A DNA stretch of 32,000 nt from Alkanindiges illinoisensis DSM 15370 (GCF_000619845.1 NZ_JHUX01000011.1:1-32000); one strand, 5' to 3'. Shown: positions 9,584 through 19,173, counted from the stretch's first letter. Numbers and translations: made by a program. Notes: generated by a model from the letters alone, not told the origin.

Positions 9584-10204
9584 TTATTTAGCCAGCGCTT
9601 CAGTGGTAATGTTGACCTTGATTTCATCACTAACCGCAGGTACATACTGCGCAATACCAAAATCGGAACGCTTGAAGCTGGTGGTGGCGTTAAAGCCAAT
9701 GGCTGGTTTTTTGGCCATCGGGTGCTCACCCATGCCATTTAAAGTGGCATCCAGTACCACCGGCTTGGTTACCCCTTTTACGGTTAAATCACCAGTAATC
9801 TTGAAGTGCTTTTTATCCTTGGTTTGAACCTTGGTACTCTTAAAGGTGATATTGGGATATTTGGCTTCGTTAAACCAGGCATCCGTTAAGAATTCCTTGT
9901 CCAGTGCTTCCACATGGCTGTCCATGCTTTTTACAGGAATGGTCACGCTCACGCTGGATTTTTCCGGGTGCTTGTCATCGACGCTGATTACGCCCTGCAC
10001 ATCATTAAAGTTGGCTGTCGGATTGGAAAAACCAAAATGGCTCCAGCTAAACAGAGTGGCCGTGTGCTTGGAATCAATCTGGTAATCCGTGGTGGCTGCC
10101 ATACTGGCACTGCTGGCTGCAATCAGCGCTGTACTGATCACCGTGGTGTGGGCAAGCATTTTTAGTTTTTGCATCATTAACTTTTGCATTGTCATTCGCC
10201 TCAT
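9584..10204 (-). CDS. YceI-family periplasmic protein
   Basis: Signal peptide (..ALIAASSASMA) followed by YQIDSKHT...F...HFGFS, typical of YceI. Start is ambiguous among several ATGs (10204, 10195, 10189...). Confidence 0.8.
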   Translation of the reverse strand: MRRMTMQKLMMQKLKMLAHTTVISTALIAASSASMAATTDYQIDSKHTATLFSWSHFGFSNPTANFNDVQGVISVDDKHPEKSSVSVTIPVKSMDSHVEALDKEFLTDAWFNEAKYPNITFKSTKVQTKDKKHFKITGDLTVKGVTKPVVLDATLNGMGEHPMAKKPAIGFNATTSFKRSDFGIAQYVPAVSDEIKVNITTEALAK

Positions 10205-10334
10205 TTGTTAGTCGTGCTTCATTGTAGCCAATGGTTTTTAAATGTCAGGGTCATTTCTAACAACAGTTTGTTGCATATTTGGAACATTGCTGGTTTAAAA
10301 ATCAACAGACTCACCAAAAAAACAGTATTAGTTT

Positions 10335-10362
10335 CTTGAATTTCAGCAGGATTACCCTCACT
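10335..10362 (+). promoter_or_regulatory. Candidate sigma-32 promoter for grpE
   Basis: CTTGAAT - 13 nt - CCCTCACT, compared with the E. coli sigma-32 consensus CTTGAAA-N13-15-CCCCATNT. About 100 nt upstream of the grpE ATG. The -10 match is imperfect. Confidence 0.45.
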
Positions 10363-10459
10363 CAAGGGACAGGTTTTACTGAAACGTACAGCAACGTCAA
10401 AATATTGCCGCAAGGCCTAAGGACTGTACATGATTCAATTTTTTAAACGGAGGTCAGCC

Positions 10460-11038
10460 ATGTCTAGCCAAGACAATTCCATACCTGAAAACGGCACCAA
10501 CAACAATGAGCAGATCGACCCACAGGATCAGATCAAGAACGACAGCGATTTTGTGCCTTCCGGTACGCCTGTAGATGACAATGACAACAGCGGTAACCCG
10601 GAAGATTTGCAGGCGCGCATTGCCGAACTCGAAGCAGAAATTACCGATGTCAAAGCCCGTGCCAATGCCGACATGTACAACTTCCAGAAGCGGGTTGAGC
10701 GGGAAACCGACAATGCCAAAAAATATGCACTGGAAAAATTTGCCGGTAGCTTGCTGGACGTGGTGGACAATCTGGAGCGTGCCATTGCTGCTGCCGGAAA
10801 CGATGAAAACCCGGTGATCGAAGGGGTGCGCCTGACCCACAAAAACCTGCTCGGTGCGCTGGAAAAACACGGCATTAGCGTGGTCGATCCGGCAGGTCAG
10901 CCATTTAATGCCGAGCTGCATCAGGCGGTAGGCATTGATCCCAACACCCCGGCAGGTCAGGTAGCCAATGTGCTGCAAAAAGGCTATAGCCTGTCCGGCC
11001 GTTTGCTGCGTCCGGCCATGGTTACCGTTGGTCAGTAA
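10460..11038 (+). CDS. grpE: Nucleotide exchange factor GrpE
   Basis: Acidic N-terminus, coiled coil and C-terminal beta domain (..HQAV....P.G.V..V.QKGY.L.GR.LRPAMV.V). Start set at the ATG preceded by GGAGG; the ORF track starts at 10430. Confidence 0.9.
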   Translation: MSSQDNSIPENGTNNNEQIDPQDQIKNDSDFVPSGTPVDDNDNSGNPEDLQARIAELEAEITDVKARANADMYNFQKRVERETDNAKKYALEKFAGSLLDVVDNLERAIAAAGNDENPVIEGVRLTHKNLLGALEKHGISVVDPAGQPFNAELHQAVGIDPNTPAGQVANVLQKGYSLSGRLLRPAMVTVGQ

Positions 11039-11202
11039 CCGCAACAAATGAATTAACCCCGCGCGCTGGCATCTTGCCCTGTCTAAAGCACGCTGATGAT
11101 TGATTAAGTTTGACTAACCTGCTGGTGTACATAAGCAGTGCTGTGATTCGTTGTTTTTCGACGTTTTTTTTGAATTATTTTTAAAATTTTTTGCAGGATT
11201 TG

Positions 11203-11230
11203 CTTGAAATTCACCGATTCACACCGATAT
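11203..11230 (+). promoter_or_regulatory. Candidate sigma-32 promoter for dnaK
   Basis: CTTGAAA - 14 nt - CCGATAT, about 45 nt upstream of the dnaK ATG. Confidence 0.6.
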
Positions 11231-11276
11231 CGGATAACAAGCAGCCACTACTGCAAAATGATGAGGAGAGATACAC

Positions 11277-13235
11277 ATGGCCAAAATTATTGGCATTGAC
11301 TTAGGCACCACCAATTCCTGTGTTGCCGTACTGGAAGGCGACAAAGTAAAAGTAATCGACAATGCTGAAGGCGCACGTACCACGCCATCCATTATTGCTT
11401 ATAAAGATGGTGAAGTACTGGTTGGCCAGAGCGCCAAGCGTCAGGCTGTTACCAACCCAAAAAATACCCTGTTTGCCATCAAGCGTTTGATTGGCCGTCG
11501 CTACAGCGATGACGTGGTACAAAAAGACATCGCCATGGTGCCGTACAAAATTGTTCAGGCTGACAATGGCGATGCGTGGGTAAACGTCAACGACAAAAAA
11601 CTGGCACCGCAACAGGTTTCTGCTGAAATCCTGAAAAAAATGAAAAAAACCGCCGAAGATTACTTGGGCGAAACGGTGACTGAAGCGGTGATTACCGTGC
11701 CAGCGTACTTTAACGATGCGCAGCGTCAAGCCACCAAAGATGCTGGTAAAATTGCAGGTCTGGACGTTAAGCGCATTATTAACGAGCCAACTGCTGCTGC
11801 CCTTGCCTTTGGTATGGACAAAAAAGAAGGCGACCGCAAAATTGCCGTGTATGACCTTGGCGGCGGTACTTTCGACGTATCCATTATTGAAATTGCCGAT
11901 GTAGATGGCGAACAGCAGTTTGAAGTACTGTCCACCAATGGTGATACCTTTCTGGGCGGTGAAGACTTCGACCTGGCACTGATTGACTTTCTGGTTGAAG
12001 AATTCAAGAAAGAACAAAGCGTTAACCTGAAGAATGATCCATTGGCACTGCAACGCTTAAAAGAAGCTGCGGAAAAAGCCAAAATTGAGCTGTCTTCTGC
12101 AACGTCTACCGAAGTAAACCTGCCTTACATTACTGCGGATGCGACTGGGCCAAAACACCTGGTGGTGAACATTACCCGTAGCAAACTGGAAGCGCTGGTT
12201 GGCGATCTGGTTGCCCGCACCATGGAACCCTGCAAAATTGCACTGAAAGATGCAGGCTTATCTGCCTCTGATATTCAGGATGTCATTCTGGTGGGTGGTC
12301 AGACCCGTATGCCACTGGTACAGGCCAAAGTGCAGGAATTCTTTGGTAAAGAGCCACGTAAAGACGTGAACCCGGATGAAGCCGTTGCCGTAGGTGCAGC
12401 AATTCAGGGTGCGGTACTGGGCGGTGACAAGAAAGACGTACTACTGCTGGACGTAACGCCACTCACACTGGGTATTGAAACCATGGGCGGTGTACTGACA
12501 CCGATCATTGAGAAAAACAGCATGATTCCGACCAAGAAATCACAGGTTTTCTCAACAGCCGATGATAACCAGCCAGCAGTCACCATTCAGGTGTTCCAGG
12601 GTGAACGCAAAATGGCGGCGCAAAACAAATTGCTGGGTCGCTTTGACTTAAATGACATTCCACCAGCACCACGTGGCATGCCGCAAATTGAAGTGACTTT
12701 TGACATCAACGCCGATGGTATTTTAAACGTATCGGCCAAGGACAAAGGTACTGGCAAGGCGCAATCGATTCAGATTAAAGCCAACTCCGGTTTGTCTGAT
12801 GCTGAAATTGAACAAATGATCCGTGATGCCGAAGCCAATGCCGAAGAAGATAAAAAATTCGAGGACTTGGCCAAGGCACGCAACGAAGCAGATGGTCTGG
12901 TACACAGCACGCAAAAAGCCATCAAGGACTTGGGCGACAAAGCCACCGATGAAGAAAAAGCCTCTATTGATGCGGCAATTTCTGAACTGGAAGCTGCGAC
13001 CAAGGAAAATGATGTTGATGCCATCAAGGCCAAGATCGAAGCGCTGTCCAATGCTTCCCTGCCACTGATGCAGCGCGTTTACGAGCAGAACCAGGCCCAG
13101 GGTGGTGATGCGGGTGGTGCACAGGGTTTTGATCCAAACAGCTTTGGTCAGAATGCAGGTGCGCAACAGCAACAACCAGCCGATGATGGCGTGGTTGATG
13201 CCGAGTTTACCGAAGTGAAAGACGACAAAAAATAA
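11277..13235 (+). CDS. dnaK: Hsp70 chaperone DnaK
   Basis: 652 aa starting [18 protein letters not shown], with all Hsp70 signatures. Confidence 0.98.
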   Translation: MAKIIGIDLGTTNSCVAVLEGDKVKVIDNAEGARTTPSIIAYKDGEVLVGQSAKRQAVTNPKNTLFAIKRLIGRRYSDDVVQKDIAMVPYKIVQADNGDAWVNVNDKKLAPQQVSAEILKKMKKTAEDYLGETVTEAVITVPAYFNDAQRQATKDAGKIAGLDVKRIINEPTAAALAFGMDKKEGDRKIAVYDLGGGTFDVSIIEIADVDGEQQFEVLSTNGDTFLGGEDFDLALIDFLVEEFKKEQSVNLKNDPLALQRLKEAAEKAKIELSSATSTEVNLPYITADATGPKHLVVNITRSKLEALVGDLVARTMEPCKIALKDAGLSASDIQDVILVGGQTRMPLVQAKVQEFFGKEPRKDVNPDEAVAVGAAIQGAVLGGDKKDVLLLDVTPLTLGIETMGGVLTPIIEKNSMIPTKKSQVFSTADDNQPAVTIQVFQGERKMAAQNKLLGRFDLNDIPPAPRGMPQIEVTFDINADGILNVSAKDKGTGKAQSIQIKANSGLSDAEIEQMIRDAEANAEEDKKFEDLAKARNEADGLVHSTQKAIKDLGDKATDEEKASIDAAISELEAATKENDVDAIKAKIEALSNASLPLMQRVYEQNQAQGGDAGGAQGFDPNSFGQNAGAQQQQPADDGVVDAEFTEVKDDKK

Positions 13236-13271
13236 TTTGTCGGCCTGACCCTTCCGGGTAAGACATACAAG

Positions 13272-13305
13272 CCGCTCTGGTTGAAAAACCGGAGCGGTTT
13301 TTTTA
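13272..13305 (+). terminator. Intrinsic terminator after dnaK
   Basis: CCGCTCTGG - loop - CCGGAGCGG followed by TTTTTTT. Confidence 0.8.
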
Positions 13306-13478
13306 TGGCCTTAAATTTTTTTGGATTTGTATGTCAGGCTTTTAAAACTATGGATTAACAAATGCGCACTGGTATTTAGCCTGTCGCGCATTAAAATTTA
13401 TCCCTTAAGTCATTCATAATGACCAACAATAATGGCTTTGATTAATCAATAGATTTAAGACAACAACCGAGGACAATA

Positions 13479-13874
13479 ATGATGCAGGCAATGATGAAAA
13501 AATTACTACTGGGGGCTGGCTTGGCCACTGTGTGTTTAGCAGCGCAGGCTGATAATTGTGACCATACCCGCAATAGTCTGGATGCCATTCACTGTAGCAA
13601 TATCATTTACCAAAAAGCCGATAAAGAGCTCAATGCTACCTATCAGCAATTGGTCAAAAAACTCAAAGTGAATGAGAAAAAAACCCTGCGGCGTGCGCAG
13701 ATTCGCTGGATCAAGCAACGTGATCAGGCTTGCACCATGAATAGCGTGGATATGGGTGAAGTGATTGATAGCGCCTGCCTGCTGGATCAGACCACCAGTC
13801 GCACCAACTGGCTCAATGACCGTCTGCGTGAATGTAATACCGTGGGTTGCATAGCCAGCAAACTGGATAATTAA
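13479..13874 (+). CDS. Secreted DUF1311 / LprI-like (lysozyme-inhibitor family) protein
   Basis: Signal peptide, then C...C...LN..YQ.L......L...Q..WIK.RD..C, the pattern I associate with DUF1311. Confidence 0.7.
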   Translation: MMQAMMKKLLLGAGLATVCLAAQADNCDHTRNSLDAIHCSNIIYQKADKELNATYQQLVKKLKVNEKKTLRRAQIRWIKQRDQACTMNSVDMGEVIDSACLLDQTTSRTNWLNDRLRECNTVGCIASKLDN

Positions 13875-13916
13875 CAGCTTTGCGCCAAAACTACTTTTTA
13901 GCATCTGTCTGTTATT

Positions 13917-13941
13917 AACCGCTCCATGTGAGCGGTTTTTT
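13917..13941 (+). terminator. Intrinsic terminator
   Basis: CCGCTC - CATGT - GAGCGG followed by TTTTTT. Confidence 0.7.
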
Positions 13942-14028
13942 ATACCTGCTTTCCAGGTCGGTTTTTACTAAAAAGTTTGCTTTAATCTGCGCACGCGCCA
14001 TTTTATACTCAATAAAATAACTCTATTC

Positions 14029-14955
14029 GTGTTCATGCTAATGCGTTCCTGGTTGCCTATCTTACTGGTCATCATCGTTCTGTTTTATTTATATCAGGTG
14101 GGACAATCGCAGCGTCGCCACACCAGTCTGGCCACCCAGCTGTTGCATCCATTTGATAACCGGGTACATTACCGGATTGGGCAGGTTGACCCGCAGTTTA
14201 ACCTGTCAAAAACCGAAGTGATTGATTTAGCCAAACAAGCCGCTGAAATCTGGCATCAGGGCACAGGCAAAACCTTATTTGTTTATGATCCCTCATCGCG
14301 CCTAAGCATTAACCTGCGTTTTGATGAGCGGCAGCTTGAAAGTAACCTGCGCCATTCCCAGCAGCAACAGCTTGAGCAGGAACTCGCCAGCCAGCAAAGC
14401 AATAATAGTGAGTATCGTCAGCGCCAGCTGCAACTGGAGCAGCAACGCCAGCAACTGGATCTGCGTGAAGCCGCCTTTCAGCAGCGGCTAGCCAGCTATA
14501 ACCGCACCGTGCAGGACTGGAATGCGCTGGGCACGCTGGATGAGTTTAACCGCCAGCAACTGGAGCAACAGCAGCGTCTGCTGGATGCAGAACAGCAGGA
14601 TATCCGCACTGCCATTGCAGCTTATAATCAGCAAGTCAACGCCTTAAATCAGGTGGCAGGTAGCCTCAATCAAATGGCCGATCACTACAATCAGGCAGTT
14701 AATCGCTATCAGGCGCGCTTTGTGCCCCGTGAATTTGAAAAAGGGGTTTATGATGGCCAGCACATCAATATCTATGAATTTAGTTCAGCTGCTGACTTAC
14801 GCCTGACCATTGCGCATGAACTGGGACATGCGCTGGGTCTTGGCCATAACACCGATCCGTATGCTCTGATGTATCCAGTTCTTAAACAGCAGGATGTGGA
14901 TCATTTTCGCCTGACGGTGGCTGATAAAACCCTGCTGTCACAACACCTTCAATAA
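14029..14955 (+). CDS. Membrane-anchored matrixin-type zinc metalloprotease with a Gln-rich coiled-coil insert
   Basis: HELGHALGLGH zinc motif (HExxHxxGxxH) followed by a Met-turn-like ALMYP. N-terminal TM helix. About 130 aa of Q/E/R/L-rich heptad-like sequence precedes the catalytic helix. GTG start; alternative ATGs at 14035 and 14041. Confidence 0.75.
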   Translation: MFMLMRSWLPILLVIIVLFYLYQVGQSQRRHTSLATQLLHPFDNRVHYRIGQVDPQFNLSKTEVIDLAKQAAEIWHQGTGKTLFVYDPSSRLSINLRFDERQLESNLRHSQQQQLEQELASQQSNNSEYRQRQLQLEQQRQQLDLREAAFQQRLASYNRTVQDWNALGTLDEFNRQQLEQQQRLLDAEQQDIRTAIAAYNQQVNALNQVAGSLNQMADHYNQAVNRYQARFVPREFEKGVYDGQHINIYEFSSAADLRLTIAHELGHALGLGHNTDPYALMYPVLKQQDVDHFRLTVADKTLLSQHLQ

Positions 14956-14989
14956 CTAAAATAAAAACCACTGATACTGATGTTTATCA

Positions 14990-15013
14990 TTTAGGTTCCA
15001 CGTGGAACCTAAA
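14990..15013. repeat. Perfect 24-bp palindrome TTTAGGTTCCACGTGGAACCTAAA at a convergent gene junction
   Basis: Read directly from the sequence. Lies between the matrixin stop (14955) and the DUF815 stop (15019). Core GTTCCACGTGGAAC is shared with the 16847-16868 element. Confidence 0.85.
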
Positions 15014-15018
15014 AAATT

Positions 15019-15939
15019 TTAGTGGCCTTGCTCAATCATGCGTTGCCCGGCCACCTGCTTGGCAAACTGCATGGCAACCCGGCCAGAACGGTTGCCCTTT
15101 TGCGTGGCCCATTGCAATGCTAACTTTTCCTGTGCCTTGATGTCTTCATCAGACCAGCCAAAGCGGCTAAGCCAGGCATGGATCAGGTTTAAATATTCCT
15201 GTTGGCTAAAACCATAAAAGGTAATTTGCAGGCCAAAACGATCTGCCAAAGATACTTTTTCCTCGATACTGTCGCCCGGATGAATTTCGCCATCTGGACT
15301 TTGATGGTATTCCAGATTATCGCGGTTTTTTTCCACCATGAGATGCTTACGGTTGGACGTGGCATAAATCAGTACATTGCTGGAAGGCCCGGCAATTGAA
15401 CCATCCAGCACGGTTTTTAGCCCGGCATAGCTGGTATCACCTTCTTCAAACGACAGGTCATCACAGAAAATAATAAACTTTTCCGGACGGTTATTAATGG
15501 CCGCCACAATACGCGGCAAGTCATTTAAAAACTTTTTTTCTACTTCAATCACACGCAAGCCCAGCGTATGAAATTCCTTAAGGCAGGCCTTAACCAGTGA
15601 AGATTTTCCCGTACCGCGTGCACCGGTGAGCAGCACATTATTGGCAAAAAATCCCTTCACAAACTGTTCGGTATTCTGGCGAATTTTTAACTGCTGCTTG
15701 TCCACATTGCACAGGGCATCAAACTCAATCAATTGCGGCTGGTGCAAGGGAATAAAGCCAGCACTTTGTAGCAGGCCCTCGGTCTTTTCCCAGCGAAAGG
15801 CTATGGCGGTATCCAGCACCGCAGTATCCGGCACTACCGAGGGAGAAAGATGGCCAAAAACCTGTGTCAATTGATCCAGCCGTGCAGTGAGCTGGGCAAT
15901 GGCATGAATTAAATCCTGTTCGCTACGTTTCTCAGTCAT
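15019..15939 (-). CDS. DUF815-type AAA ATPase
   Basis: Walker A GARGTGKSS and Walker B IIFCDDLSF, with the overall pattern of the DUF815 ATP-binding protein family. Start set at the internal ATG (MTEKRSEQ); the ORF track starts at 15975. Confidence 0.75.
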   Translation of the reverse strand: MTEKRSEQDLIHAIAQLTARLDQLTQVFGHLSPSVVPDTAVLDTAIAFRWEKTEGLLQSAGFIPLHQPQLIEFDALCNVDKQQLKIRQNTEQFVKGFFANNVLLTGARGTGKSSLVKACLKEFHTLGLRVIEVEKKFLNDLPRIVAAINNRPEKFIIFCDDLSFEEGDTSYAGLKTVLDGSIAGPSSNVLIYATSNRKHLMVEKNRDNLEYHQSPDGEIHPGDSIEEKVSLADRFGLQITFYGFSQQEYLNLIHAWLSRFGWSDEDIKAQEKLALQWATQKGNRSGRVAMQFAKQVAGQRMIEQGH

Positions 15940-16067
15940 GTTGATCTCAATGCTCCACTCTGGCAAAACGGCCACCGGCTGACCGCCAATGTTTCTATTA
16001 TGCGGCTATTGGCTGCGATTGTATTGCGCTAAACTTTCAAAAATTGTCGCCAAAGCAACATTTGTTT

Positions 16068-16844
16068 ATGCAGTCTGATCCCAATTATTTTGTGGCCTTT
16101 GAACAGGCGCATGTGCCGCTTTATAGCATGGCAACCGATTATACGGCTGGCCATTATTTTGCCACCCATGCACATGATACAGCCCAGCTCCTGTATGCCA
16201 TTGAAGGCCTTATGCTAATTGAAACCGCAAAAGGCCGCTGGATTGTGCCCTCACAGCGTGGAGTCTGGCTGGCGCCGCAGACATGGCATGCCGTCACCAT
16301 GTTAACGGCAGTTAAAATGCGTACCGTCTTTATTCAACCCAGTGTGGTGATGCATTTTAATGCGGCCATTTGTGTGCTGCAAACCTCAGCGTTGCTGCGC
16401 GAGCTAATTCTGGCCAGCAGCCAGATTATGGCACCCTATACCGAAAATTCACGTGAAGGCCGCATTACAGCGCTGTTACTGGATGAACTTAAGGTATCTC
16501 CTGTATTGCCCTTTTACTTGCCATGGCCTACGGATTTACGCCTTCAACAGCATTGCCAGCAGTTACTGGACTTCCCGCAGCAGCACAGCACCATTGCCCA
16601 GATTTCCCAGCAACTGGGCATTAGCCAGATGACCTTGCAGCGCCGCTTTATCCAGCAAACCGGTCTGCGTTTTGGTCAGTGGCGGCAACAAGCTCGGCTG
16701 CTTTTAGCGCTTGAAAAACTAGCGCGTGGTGAAAAAATTATTTCTGTCGCGCTTGATGTCGGTTATGCCAGCCAGAGTGCCTTTACCGCCAGCTTTAAGC
16801 AACATTTTGGCTTGACCCCTTCCCTGTTTTGCCGCCAGTCCTAA
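16068..16844 (+). CDS. AraC-family transcriptional regulator with an N-terminal cupin domain
   Basis: C-terminal double HTH (..ISVALDVGYASQSAFTASFKQHFGLTPS) and an N-terminal cupin-like HAH...H region. Divergent from the DUF815 gene. Confidence 0.85.
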   Translation: MQSDPNYFVAFEQAHVPLYSMATDYTAGHYFATHAHDTAQLLYAIEGLMLIETAKGRWIVPSQRGVWLAPQTWHAVTMLTAVKMRTVFIQPSVVMHFNAAICVLQTSALLRELILASSQIMAPYTENSREGRITALLLDELKVSPVLPFYLPWPTDLRLQQHCQQLLDFPQQHSTIAQISQQLGISQMTLQRRFIQQTGLRFGQWRQQARLLLALEKLARGEKIISVALDVGYASQSAFTASFKQHFGLTPSLFCRQS

Positions 16845-16846
16845 GC

Positions 16847-16868
16847 TGATGTTTCACGTGGAACATCA
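16847..16868. repeat. 22-bp near-perfect palindrome TGATGTTTCACGTGGAACATCA at a convergent gene junction
   Basis: Single T/G mispair, a G-U wobble in RNA. Lies between the AraC stop (16844) and the stop of the next minus-strand gene (16885). Shares CTGATGTTT and the CACGTGGAAC core with the 14990-15013 element. Confidence 0.8.
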
Positions 16869-16884
16869 CTCCCTCAAAATCAGA

Positions 16885-17664
16885 TTAATGGCTGAACAAG
16901 TAAAAATTAAGCATCGCCTGTGCCAGTACTTTGTCCTTTGGATTTAGGCTAACAGTCATCCGCCTGAAATTAACAATATCTGCCTGCATGCCAGTAAATT
17001 TTGCCACGCCATCACTAGGATAATGTGAAACCAGTTGATAGTGGTAAAGCGCCGTTTGGCCCCCGTATGGAGCAGTTTTTAAATGCACAATATTTACAGG
17101 AACATTACTGCCGGTATAAAACCAGAACTCATTTTTTTTGGCTTCCTGTTGCGCGGTTTTAAAAAACAATGACGCACTGCTTAATGCACAGCCTACACAG
17201 GCGGAACTATCGTCCATGCTTAAATACTGTTTTCCATCAGGACTAAACATGACAAGCGCTGCAATGCCCGATGGCCCCATGCTGGCTTCAATAATGTTCC
17301 AGTGCCTGGGTGCCAAAAACCATCCCAAGCCTTCGACCTGATAAAGTGCCAATTGCTGTGCCTGTGCAGCATTGATTGTAAAGTTGAAATCACAGGCTTT
17401 TGGCTGGCAGGATGAAAAATCCTTGAGTAAAGCATCTTCTTTTGTGCCGTCACTAACCGGGTTTTCAATACTAATGCCATAGGCCGGAATGAAAATATTT
17501 CCCTTAAACCGGGCTTTGCCCAGCGCTATCCACTGGTGAATCCGGGCACGTTCTGCCGCTGAGCTGTGTAATTTTGGGAAAGCAAACTGGTAAATATGAT
17601 CCTCGGCAAAGCCTGTCGTGCTTACACCTAACATTAGACCCAAGCCAACGAATAAAAACCGCAT
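16885..17664 (-). CDS. Secreted protein of unknown function, possibly DUF4850-like
   Basis: Start placed at MRFLFVGLGLMLGVSTTGFA (signal peptide); the ORF track starts at 17751. Lies 105 nt downstream of, and co-directional with, the lytic transglycosylase gene (18 nt if the longer ORF start is used). Confidence 0.6.
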   Translation of the reverse strand: MRFLFVGLGLMLGVSTTGFAEDHIYQFAFPKLHSSAAERARIHQWIALGKARFKGNIFIPAYGISIENPVSDGTKEDALLKDFSSCQPKACDFNFTINAAQAQQLALYQVEGLGWFLAPRHWNIIEASMGPSGIAALVMFSPDGKQYLSMDDSSACVGCALSSASLFFKTAQQEAKKNEFWFYTGSNVPVNIVHLKTAPYGGQTALYHYQLVSHYPSDGVAKFTGMQADIVNFRRMTVSLNPKDKVLAQAMLNFYLFSH

Positions 17665-17769
17665 CCTGTAAAAATAACCACTGAGCTGCAAAGACATAGC
17701 GCTTGTTTTCCTGATAAAAAAAGCAGGATCACATGTATCCTGCTTGGTCATTCCTATTATTCAACAGGA

Positions 17770-19173
17770 TTAAAACGGTTCACCCTGCATGTTTTTTGGA
17801 GCCTGCCGGATCGTTTGCTGAATGGTCAGGTTTTCACTTTGCTCGGTGGTGGGAGTGGTGGTGATGACAGGTACAGGCTGGCTTACAGTACCTGTATTTG
17901 CTGCTGCGCTACCATTGCTAACTTGACCAGGCTGTTGGGCATTCTGCCTTAGCACTTGCAGGATACGCTGCCCGCCCCTTCCGGTTTGCGGCAAGCCAAA
18001 GCGCGCCTGTTCCTGCCGGATGGCTTGCCGGGTTTTGTCACCAATCAGGCCATCCGGTTCGCCAATATCATAGCCTTTGGCCAGCAAATATTGCTGGATT
18101 TCGCGACGTTCCGCCCGTGATGTACCCGGATCATCGGTTGGCCACGGGGTAACCAGCGGGCCTGCACCTTTAAGCCGATCAGATAAATGTGCAATGGCCA
18201 GTGCATAGCTTTCTGCGGCGTTGTAGCTATAAAACGCATCAAAGTTTTTAAATACCAGAAATACCGGGCCACTGGTATCTGAGGGAACCAGCAAGCCTGC
18301 CATGCTGGAGGTGCTTAAATTGTCCTGAACCAGGGGAGAGCCATCCACGCGGGTCAGGCCACGTTGCTGCCAGCTGGCCAGTGAGCGTTTAGTGCGCCTG
18401 CCCTCGCCGCTGCTATCAAACCCATCAGGCAAGCGAACTTCAAAGCCCCACGGCATGCCGTTTTGCCAGCCAGATTTCTTGAGAAAATTGGCGGTTGAAG
18501 CCAGTGCATCCGGCACGCTATCGACAATATCACGGCGGCCATCACCATCAAAATCCACTGCCAGACGCTCAAAGGTTGATGGCATAAACTGGGTATGACC
18601 AAATGCACCTGCCCATGAACCACGCAGGCGATCTTCGCTAATATGCCCAGCCTGCAGGATACGCAAGGCGGCATAGAGTTCGGTACGGAAGTAACCCTGA
18701 CGACGGCCGTAGCAGCTTAATGTGCCCAGTGCCTGCACCAGTGAATATTTCCCGGATATATCGCCAAAATTACTTTCTACGCCCCATACAGCCACTACAG
18801 CCGCAGGTTCCACCCCATATTGCGCCTGAATACGCTGCAGTGCATCCGCATACTGGGTCATTTTTTGGCGCCCTAGATCAACCCGTTCCTGATCCACCAG
18901 ACCTGACAAATAATCCCAGATGGGCGTACTAAATTCGGGCTGATAATTCAGTTTTTCAATTACGGTCATGTCCGGATCAAGGTTGGCCGTATACTGGTCA
19001 AACGCCTGCCCGGACACCCCGGCTGCAATCGCATCACCCCGCAAATTGCTTAAACAGCCCTGAAACTGGCTTTCAGCAAATTGGTCATCAGCAGCAAAAC
19101 CGCTTACAGGTATTGTCAGCATGCAAGCCATGGCCAATAGGGATAGTTTTTTGGTGATATCACTACGTTTCAT
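17770..19173 (-). CDS. Lytic murein transglycosylase (MltB/SLT_2 type) with a C-terminal PG_binding_1 domain
   Basis: Signal peptide. AVWGVESNFG catalytic-Glu region and GAFGHTQFMPSTF motif. C-terminal ..LLAKGYDIGEPDGLIGDKTRQAIRQEQ..GLPQTG peptidoglycan-binding repeat, then a low-complexity tail. Confidence 0.88.
   Translation of the reverse strand: MKRSDITKKLSLLAMACMLTIPVSGFAADDQFAESQFQGCLSNLRGDAIAAGVSGQAFDQYTANLDPDMTVIEKLNYQPEFSTPIWDYLSGLVDQERVDLGRQKMTQYADALQRIQAQYGVEPAAVVAVWGVESNFGDISGKYSLVQALGTLSCYGRRQGYFRTELYAALRILQAGHISEDRLRGSWAGAFGHTQFMPSTFERLAVDFDGDGRRDIVDSVPDALASTANFLKKSGWQNGMPWGFEVRLPDGFDSSGEGRRTKRSLASWQQRGLTRVDGSPLVQDNLSTSSMAGLLVPSDTSGPVFLVFKNFDAFYSYNAAESYALAIAHLSDRLKGAGPLVTPWPTDDPGTSRAERREIQQYLLAKGYDIGEPDGLIGDKTRQAIRQEQARFGLPQTGRGGQRILQVLRQNAQQPGQVSNGSAAANTGTVSQPVPVITTTPTTEQSENLTIQQTIRQAPKNMQGEPF

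Noticed and set aside
10454-12082. Long antisense ORFs covering grpE (197 aa) and the 5' half of dnaK (250 aa and 118 aa).
   Set aside because: Long stop-free antisense frames opposite highly expressed, codon-biased genes, classically Hsp70, are a known codon-usage artefact. The products are low-complexity and lack RBS or start context.
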